This document shows, in pieces, positions 55,401 to 64,000 of a stretch of DNA of 64,000 bases. The position numbers and the translations under genes were made by a program. The notes beneath the pieces are model-generated. The model made no database searches and was not told the origin of the DNA. It saw nothing but the letters and a program-made list of their open reading frames with translations. The stretch is from assembly GCA_951406725.2 (NCBI GenBank), contig OX597814.1, positions 212,536,001-212,600,000 of the forward strand, in the 5' to 3' direction. The DNA comes from Octopus vulgaris. Its lineage: Eukaryota. The first letter of the stretch is position 1. Each line of letters begins with the position of its first letter.

Positions 55401-55740
55401 AAAAATTTTTCGAAAATTTTCACCGAAAATTTTACCGTAAAATTTTTCGAAAATTTTCACCGAAAATTTTACCCAAAAATTTCTCGAAAATTTTCACCAA
55501 AATTTTTGGAAAATCTTTGCCGAAGAATTTAACCGAAAATTTTACCCAAAAATTTTTGGATAGTTTTTACCTAAAATTTTTGGAAATGTTCTCAGAAAAT
55601 TTTACAGAAAAGTTTTTCGAAAATTTTCACCAAAAATTCTTCGAAAATTCTTACCAAAAATCTTACCCGAAAAGTTTAGCCAAAAATTTTTCGAAAATTT
55701 TCACCGAAAATTTTACCAAATTTTACCAAAAAATTTTTCG
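46502..55740 (+). repeat. AnTn satellite, block 3, with a ~4.33-kb higher-order duplication
   Basis: Same satellite. Identical TA-insert markers at about 48040-48135 and 52370-52465. Confidence 0.95.
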
Positions 55741-55773
55741 GTTTTCAACGTGTTGCTTTTTCGGAAAGTTTCA

Positions 55774-57351
55774 CTGGTTACAGTGTCTCTATTACATACT
55801 CCTAACCTATATACAATGCGTTGGAGCCTTTCGGCCTTCAGCTCTCAATTTACCAATGATGATGTTTCAACAAAAACACTAGAAACTGTGTGAATTATCA
55901 CCACAAATTTTCGCGAATAAATGGAGATCATCTATTGTCAAGACAGCATTCATGTATACGAGAGTGAAAACCCAAATGAAGCTGTGACGTCCGGCAGTCG
56001 TAACCGGTTGTTATTCAAAGAAATTGCTAGGTGAAGGAATTACAAAAGCAGCAATGAATAAGGAGTATCATACTACTTTGATGGAATACTATTTGAAAGC
56101 AGGGAATGCAGGCAAGCATATTGAAGAAAAAAATCATCTGTGTGCTGTATGAATAAAGAACGAAGCATGATCCAAAGAAGAGTTTGATTAACACCCGTTG
56201 AAGTAAATAATATACAGAAGAAGGAATTTGGCAAATATGATGTAGAAAGAGCGTGTAAAAACATCATCCATGCTGAATATACTGCATAGAAGTAAATACA
56301 TTTGACACTGAACTAGAAAATACCTTCTATGTAGGCAATGATGATTGGATTGATAATATTAAATATTTGCTGCAAAGGTATGCAAATGATATGGGCATTG
56401 AAAAATATGTGATATCTGAAGATTTAGAAGACGGTAAAGGGAAATATTTTGATCGGATTATAGAAAATTTAAATAACAGTGAAAGCACGAATCCATTGAA
56501 CTTGAGATTCATTAACAAGAAGACATGTAGCTGGAACAAAAAAGTGATGCTGTGTTAGAACATGCTATAACTATAAACATTTCTGACATCCTTAATTTAA
56601 TCTTTGCTGCTATGAGAGTAGATGATTAAATATGGGGTACAAAACACAAAAAGAAGATACAGTAAAAAGATTCGTGGTGCATATGATAAACTCTAGGTGA
56701 CACAATGATACATGATGCAAATATTGAGGAAGATCGAAAGCTAGAACAAAGGTGATTTCTAAAGTGATTCAAGTCTCACTTTGAACAATGGTGAAACATA
56801 TATGATAATAGACTCTGGTTTTGGTGTGCTCAGTTACAAAAAAGGAAAACCTAGAATGGATCAAATGAATCGGGGGAGTGCAGAGAAACAAAAGCTCTTC
56901 TCTACAACTAGAGATGATATCGTCTTTCAGACAAAAGTTAAATCGAAATAGTAAATCTTAAGGATTTGCTCCCAGATAAAAAGCTCTGAAAACAAGAAGA
57001 AATTGAGTGCAGGAAGCACTTTATCCAAAGGCGAAATATCAGTGGTTTATGCATGCAGAGGATATTTGTAGGGAGCTGATTCTTTAGCATCTGTGAATGA
57101 AAGTAGAGAACACACTCGGTATAAAAACTCCCTTGCAGAAAATAAACAAGAACTATGTTGTAATGAGTATATATGACTTACATTGTAGGCTCGATCTGAT
57201 GCACAGAAGTGCCAGAGGAATCTTGAAGTTACATGCATAGTTTCACAGACATCAAGAATATGAAAAATCATAACTCAAATAGGGAGTCGTTCCGGTCTGA
57301 AGATTTAAAATGAGAAACTGAGTCTTATTGGTAGCTACTTTACTGAAGCGT
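55774..57351 (-). repeat. Right arm of large inverted repeat B
   Basis: Reverse complement of 39403-40980 with scattered substitutions and a 2-bp indel. Confidence 0.95.
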
Positions 57352-57649
57352 TAAGTACTACGTCTGTAAATAAGTGTATTTGCCCAATTTCAACGAATGA
57401 GTACTACCTATGTCATCAGCGATTACGAAAAAGTACTGTCTATGTCATCAGCGGCTGCGAACATTTTGAGCATATTTAATCAGAAAAGAAAATGTTACTC
57501 AAAAAGTATACAAATAACACCTCGCAATCCAAACATATATGGGCATTAAAATCGAAGAACATCTCATTCAGCATTCTTTGGAAACTATTGTCACATGCAC
57601 AACCTAACAAAGAAACAACAAACCCTGCTAACTTTGTATGAATGAATCC

Positions 57650-58876
57650 TCTTGGGATACTCAAAAGAAACCGGACTTTTGCAATATTATTTTATTCACT
57701 TAGTTTTTACATATTTACAATTTTACCGCCTTTAACGTCATCTCCATTTGCAGCAATGCATCGATCCTGACGCACTTTCCACTGTGGAAAGCAGTCCTGG
57801 AGCTCTTGCAAAGTGATGCCTATTAATTCCTCCGGCGTTTTTTTCTTCACCTCTTCCACATCTGCAAAACGTTTTCCTCTAAGGCATTTTTTCAGTCGGG
57901 AGGAACAAAAAAAAGTCGCAGGGAGCGATGGGTGATCGAGGTCACGCCAGTTTTGGTCAAAAGCTGTCTCACATTCAGGACGGTGAGCGCAAGCATATTG
58001 TGGTGGAGAAACCACCACTTCCTAATTTACCACAGGATTTCGTCTCAGCGCCTCTTGCAAATGTTTCAGAACTGCCAAGTAAAATGTCTGGTTGACAGTC
58101 CGGCAAGAGAGGAACAAATTTTGTGTGGACAATTCCTTTCGCATCGATAAAATAAATTAGCATTCTCTTGACACTGGACTTTACTTGAAGCGCTCTTTGA
58201 GGGCCGTGGTGACATCGAATGCTTCCATTGACTTGATTGCTGCTTCGTTTCCAGATCAAAGTCCAACTGTTAATTCAGTTCATGGCACGCATTTAGACAT
58301 AACTTCATTTGATCTCCTCCGTCAGCATGCAAGCTATAAATTTTCATTCGCAATTCCTCGCTCAAAATTCGTTGGCAGGAGCTCCAGGACACAACAGTCA
58401 TATCAAAAAGTTCGTCAGTCGTTTGGCGACGGTCCTCAATGATCAGTTCATGAATTTTCGTGATGTTTTCATTCATTCAGGTGGTTGACCGTCATCTTGA
58501 ACGAGATTGGTATTGAAGCGTCAAGTCACCATTCCTAAAGTATGAAAGCCACTCGTAAACTTGTGTTTTGCTCATGGCAGCGTACTTGTTAGCTCTTTGA
58601 AACATAACAACTCTTTCGACAGCTGTTTTCCCGAGAGAAAACAGAATTCCACGGAAGCACGCTGTTCCTTCGTTTCAGCCATCGCAAAAATCGACGAACA
58701 GGAAAGAAGAAGTAAAAAACAAAGACGCAGAACGTGGCAGTACGGTCCCACAGGACGCCGCCGGTCAGCAGACTGATGCCTGAAGGTCGCATCAAGTAGC
58801 TTTACCCGAGGAAGCCTGAACTGCAACAGGCTTGTCACACAAAAATATGTCAGGTTACATTCAAGCAACCCCTTGT
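57650..58876 (-). mobile_element. Mariner-family transposon, transposase pseudogene
   Basis: Fragments across frames: MAETKEQRASVEFCF (HTH start), IEDRRQTTDEL...SCQRILSEELRMK, MLIYFIDAKGIVHTKFVP, LKKCLRGKRFADVEEVK...RQDRCIAANGD. TIRs are degenerate; the right end reads TACAAGGGGTTGC on the minus strand. Confidence 0.88.
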
Positions 58877-58940
58877 ATATTCTTGTATTAAGGAATCAAA
58901 TATTACTCCGAATTAGTGTCTTCCTGCCAGCTGAGCACCT

Positions 58941-58955
58941 TGATGAAGATGATAG

Positions 58956-59016
<61 letters not shown>
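58941..59016. repeat. (GAT)n microsatellite
   Basis: Directly visible. Followed by a decayed family-A SINE tail at about 59020-59130. Confidence 0.9.
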
Positions 59017-59017
<1 letters not shown>

Positions 59018-59231
59018 CCGATTTCAAATTTTGGCACGAGGCTAGTGATTTCAAGGGAAAGATTAACCCGATTATACCAAACCCGGTAGTCAATGAATAC
59101 TTATTTTATCGACCCCCAACGAACGAAATACCGCTAAGCACTTTGACCGGTGTCCAAACGATTGTACCAGCTCGTTGCCTCAATAACAACAACCGTAACA
59201 AAAACAACATTGAAAATAGTAGCAACAATGT

Positions 59232-59352
59232 GAAGAAGAAAAAGAAGAGGAGGAGAAGAAGGAGGAGGAGGAGGAGGAGGAGGAGGAGGAGGAGAAGAAG
59301 AAGAAGAAGAAGAAGAAGAAGAAGAAGAAGAAGAAGAAGAAGAAGAAGAAGA
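59232..59352. repeat. (AGG)n/(AGA)n purine microsatellite
   Basis: Directly visible. Confidence 0.92.
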
Positions 59353-60922
59353 ATTCTAACATAAGCACAATTTTCGACGAACAATACTTCAATACAAATT
59401 TGTCATCGGTGAGTTTTTAACTCAGACTATAAAGATTCAAAACAAGTGGTTAATACGACATTTCGCCGCAAACATTTTTGCCGTAGAGAAATGTGCCTTA
59501 ATCAATTTTTCTGTAAGAAAACTTGTCGTATAGGAAAAATCACGGAATAGCAAAATTCGCTGGAAAATTATCTGGAGGCTCATGACTTGTTTGTAAAGAG
59601 AAGAGACTTGACGAAAAAGAAAACGTGTTATTTAAATTGAGAAGATGCAACAGAAATGAAGATAAAGTATAGTGAAATTAATGCAAGATTCCAGAGACAT
59701 ATGATTCGATACAATCCGCCTCAAAAGGTACATTATTTGCGCAGACTTGCTTGGAATTTTCATACATTTTAAATTACCTTATGCTTCTCTTTAATGTTTC
59801 ACGTTAAGTGAAGACTTGACTATTTAATGTTTTTATAAAACATTTTATTATTTTTTATTCTTTATTTTTTAAAAATGTTGATAATATGCTTTATCATTGC
59901 CCATCCTGCAAATTTTTCGTAGGATGAATTTCTCTGTCACGAAACTAAATAATGTGCAGCGATTTTTTTTCCCACGCTTTGAAGATTTTACTAGTTATAC
60001 AGCTTAAGGATATTAATGAATCCTCCTTTAGTCAAAAGGCCAGTAAGTTTTCAAGGAAGGAATCTAGTTAATTACATTGAACTTAGTTCTTGGCCATTAC
60101 GTTTCTTGTCTAAATTGGGCTGCGAGGGATGAGAAGCAAATTTGATGACAAGAGAAGTTGGACTTAAACGAAAAAATAATGTCATTACTACGACATTCTT
60201 CCACGTATAATAAAAACGACAATCCTTCATGAAATCTAAATCATAAAAGTAACCGATAGAGATTCATAGCAGTAAGAGAGATAAGTTACCGAATGTCTTT
60301 TCAGAATATTAACATAACTTTTCAACGTTAGTATACTTAGACAACAAGTCTGTGTCATGCAAATTGACGATTTGACTTAAATAAAGAAGATATATTTCAT
60401 GGGAATACATATTAGTTTGAATGAATTCATGAAAATTTATATTTTTGCAAAGATCACTTCAATAGAATATTATGTATAAAGATTAATTTTAAAGAATAAA
60501 TAAGTTTAGAGCAATAAAAAAAACCCCATAAAATCATACTATGTTGAGTCATGTATTTATTAGACAGTTGAATTCATTTCTGTAAGATCTGAAAATATTT
60601 TGCATTATATCGGACATGTAAAATCATTTTATAACAACTATTTCTTTCATTGAATAAGAAAGTTTCCCCTAATATCATAATTAAAGATAAATGCGGATAT
60701 AAATTTGCTTTCATGGAAACACTGCAATTTCAATATTATTAATACTATATAGTGCACACCCGCGCATACTTACAGCCACATTCGCATTTTTGTACAGAAA
60801 TACATATATACAAACATAAGAACATTTACGTAAGCACACACAAACATAAACATAGTAAGATAAATATAGACAAAGCTATTGGTATTTATATCTAAATATA
60901 TACATTAATGTGTATATACATA

Positions 60923-60974
<52 letters not shown>

Positions 60975-61168
60975 AATCTCCCGTCAAACAACTATGTATA
61001 ACTCTATACCTCCTGTAAGGTGCACAACTATGCACTACACCAGATGTCGAAGTTTTCATTATCAAAAGACGTCACTCGTCCCAAGAACCGATCCCACAGC
61101 CTTGTGATTATGGGAGCAACACTCTAACCACTAGGAAAGGACTCCTCATTATGTATATGTACATACAC

Positions 61169-61210
<42 letters not shown>

Positions 61211-61284
61211 TCCTTTATTATTTATCTATTTAGGAATAGCGGCTTCTATCGAGTAAAAATAACTGTCTTTCAACAAGCACGTTG

Positions 61285-61337
<53 letters not shown>

Positions 61338-61381
61338 TACATATATACACACACACACACATATATATATATATATGTGTG

Positions 61382-61465
<84 letters not shown>

Positions 61466-61638
61466 CATACACATTTGTGTGTGTGCATGCTATATATATA
61501 TGTGTGTGTGAGTATACAAACACACGTGCATACAAACATAGATATAGTCATATATTACACAGGAAGAAGTACGTAATTATAAGTTTACAGCATAAAACTT
61601 ACAGTGCGGAGTCAATTAAAGAGGGGGACAGGCAGTTT

Positions 61639-61703
<65 letters not shown>
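61285..61703. repeat. (TA)n/(CA)n tract and (GATA)n tract
   Basis: TA-rich 61285-61510; GATA 61638-61703. Confidence 0.88.
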
Positions 61704-61704
<1 letters not shown>

Positions 61705-63216
61705 CACACAGAAAGACAGAGAGATAGATAAGTACGTGTACGCAGAGAGACAAAATATAATTGGGGATACCTTTAATATTTTAATCAAGTTGAGGTGAAA
61801 AGTAACTGTATAGTATCATTTGATATAAAGTTAATTACGGAAATTAATGCTCCAAGTTATTATCTCATCGCGGTCTGCTTTGACTTTAATCATTCCGAGG
61901 GTGAAGAAATATTTTGACTTAATCGCTTACGCCGTTCTATACAGTGTGTTGCCATTAATCTATGTTAGATTTTGATAAGTAACATTATTATTATTATTAT
62001 GAATGTTTTCAAACGCTTGAAAATTGTTCTTGGCTGCAATATAATTTGATATATATTTATCTGAGTCCTTCATCAGAGGAAATACAGTGCGGTTATTCGT
62101 ATGTAATTGACAGCATTTATTGATTAAGCAAACGTAGCTGAGTTTTAATCTAAACATACGATATTTTTATCAAAATAAACATAGCATATTAAATGTGTGT
62201 GGCGGAGTCTATACACACACATACATACACAGGCATACACATACACGCACACACACGCACGTACACACAAACACACACATATACATAATCTCCTGATATA
62301 TTATATAACAATTTAATTAATAAAATATATTTGATTTAGAGTGTTAAACTAAATAGTATATTATTAAAATATTTTGGAACAATTTAAAATAAACGCAGTA
62401 TGATATTAAAGAAATTGACAACACTGTTGATTTATTAATACGGAAGAAGTTTGTATTTAGCGAGAAAAAACGGTTATATATTTACTTTACGAATATTTGC
62501 TTATTACATGTATACTGGTTTACCTTACAACATATAGCATTTCTTTTAATTATTTTGCTGAGATCCTCAGCCATGTCATATTCTTTTCTTTTTTTTTTTG
62601 TTGGTTAATATATATGATGAATGGTTTAATTTACGGAATAGCTATAAAACAGTTGTCATTTATATTGAAACATTCCCGAATTATGTTTATGAAATAATCA
62701 TTTAAACAAACAATGACTAATATATCGAAGCCTTGTATTAATAAACTATGCTATTATAAACTACACTATGAATAAACTGTGACATTAAGGCATTCAACAA
62801 CAATACTTATTACAGATAAGGAAAAGAACAATTGGAAAATCATTAATAGCAACGAAGTGTGCCAATACGATTGTCAAGAGTCGCCATTAATCACTACGTT
62901 AATATTCTGCATATAACATAAGTATTTTGCAACGTGATGAATTAATTAATGATTTGTGGTAAAATAATGAAACGCCGAACGTATATATTCATCGTAGATT
63001 GTATATGCATGATCTTTGTTATGCATTCAACATTGAGGTCTGAATTAGTCATTTTAATAATACCTTATTTTGATACTTGATACTTGGGATATTCCAGTAC
63101 ACTGAAAAATTCTCACTCCTTTATCATTAATCTATTTAGGAATAGCAGCTTTTAGCGTGTAAAAAATAACTGTCTTACTATTAACACGATGTTATATATA
63201 TATATGTATGTTTGTA

Positions 63217-63982
63217 TATCACCTTCACCTTCACCGACCAGTCCGTCGGGCGTCCATTTGACACCGCTGGTCACAACACGCGGTCCAGTCCTCTCTGGAT
63301 CGCGCCTTTTTCATCCACATGATCCCAATCGTCCTCCTGAAGTCGTAACTCTACTGTCGTGGAGGCCTTCCGGGTGGTCGTTTCCGATCGCGCGGGTACC
63401 ACTCGACAACTGCGCGGGTACACCGATTATCGGTGAGCTGAGCGACGTGTCCAGCCCATATAAACTTGCTGCGTGTATACTCTGCGATGGCATCCCTCAC
63501 GCCGGACTTCTTTCTGATGATCTCGCTATTGATGTGCTCTCTCAACGAGATATCAAGCATTGACCTTTCCATGGCTCTTTGAGCCGTTACCAGTCTCTGC
63601 TCTTCTCTCTTTGTGGTAGCCCATGTTTCCCTACCATATAACATTGCAGGTAGAACTGTACTGTTGATTAGGTTGGCGCGGGTGGTCCTGTCGAACTTTC
63701 CCTTGAGCACATCCCTTATGCCAGTAAACACCTTCCATCCGGCCCTTATTCTCCGTGAGATCGCCTTTTTGATATCTCGGCACATTTTCACTTCCTGTCC
63801 CAGGTAGACATATTCCTTTACCACCTCTATTTCATCACTGCCGATCACCATTCGACCTGTTGGTACGCTGTCTGAACGCATGAACTTCGTTTTCATGCGG
63901 TTCATCTTGATACCTACTGCAGAGCTTTTGATGTCGAGCTCCGTCAGCATGGTCTCAAGCTGATCTGTGGTTTTAGCGATTA
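63217..63982 (-). mobile_element. 5'-truncated RTE-clade LINE (RT C-terminus plus 3' tail) with 11-bp TSD
   Basis: ORF 63351-63950: GIKMNRMKTKFM...YVYLGQ...VLPAMLYGRETW...WAGHVAQ...RPPGRP. (GAAGGT)n tail. GTATGTTTGTA at 63206-63216 and 63983-63993. Confidence 0.92.
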
Positions 63983-64000
63983 GTATGTTTGTAGACTATG

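Noticed and set aside
22971-55740. CRISPR-like palindromic ~37-bp repeats
   Set aside because: No unique spacers between repeats, repeats are degenerate, no cas genes, and the context is eukaryotic.
22971-55740. Telomeric repeat (TTAGGG/CCCTAA occurs in the satellite)
   Set aside because: Only isolated hexamers as variants of TTTGGG, never in tandem arrays.
22983-55882. Many F/K/N/P-rich ORFs (FTENFTQKFFENF...)
   Set aside because: Translations of the satellite. They occur in all frames and on both strands and are broken by indels.
21228-57351. Giant DIRS-like element with the internal junction acting as an ICR, or two foldback transposons
   Set aside because: No tyrosine recombinase, RT or transposase ORF and no TSDs. 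The arms are ordinary mosaics of old repeats that appear to continue into the flanks, so rearrangement is the simpler explanation.
57400-57463. 32-bp tandem duplication containing CTGATGA twice on the minus strand
   Set aside because: No properly placed GAAA or stems. Simple local duplication.

Overview
AT-rich animal genomic DNA with no recognisable intact host gene. The tRNA-derived SINE families and the very dense (TA)n/(GATA)n/(TAT)n microsatellites resemble an octopus/cephalopod genome (inference from memory, not a search). Nearly all ORFs in the track are microsatellite or satellite translations. Recognisable relics: several SINEs (two with target-site duplications), a Tigger/pogo-like MITE, a Helitron PIF1-helicase pseudogene, a Gypsy gag relic, Penelope-like element (PLE) GIY-YIG fragments in inverted pairs, a mariner pseudogene and two 5'-truncated RTE LINEs with TSDs. 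The main feature is 21.2-57.4 kb: about 20 kb of a ~37-bp AnTn-palindrome satellite, bracketed by two abutting kilobase-scale inverted repeats. Embedded in it are non-coding elements carrying hammerhead ribozymes (HHRs). One is a type I HHR with an unusually long 58-nt stem II (4 full copies plus 1 partial; only the copy at 46202-46294 has an intact core). Another is a minimal U3-A8 HHR in a 365-nt retrozyme-like tandem unit. A ~1.53-kb tandem unit fuses a PLE pseudo-LTR, (TA)n, the HHR element and satellite. All pairings and identities were read by eye, and assembly artefact cannot be excluded for some duplications.
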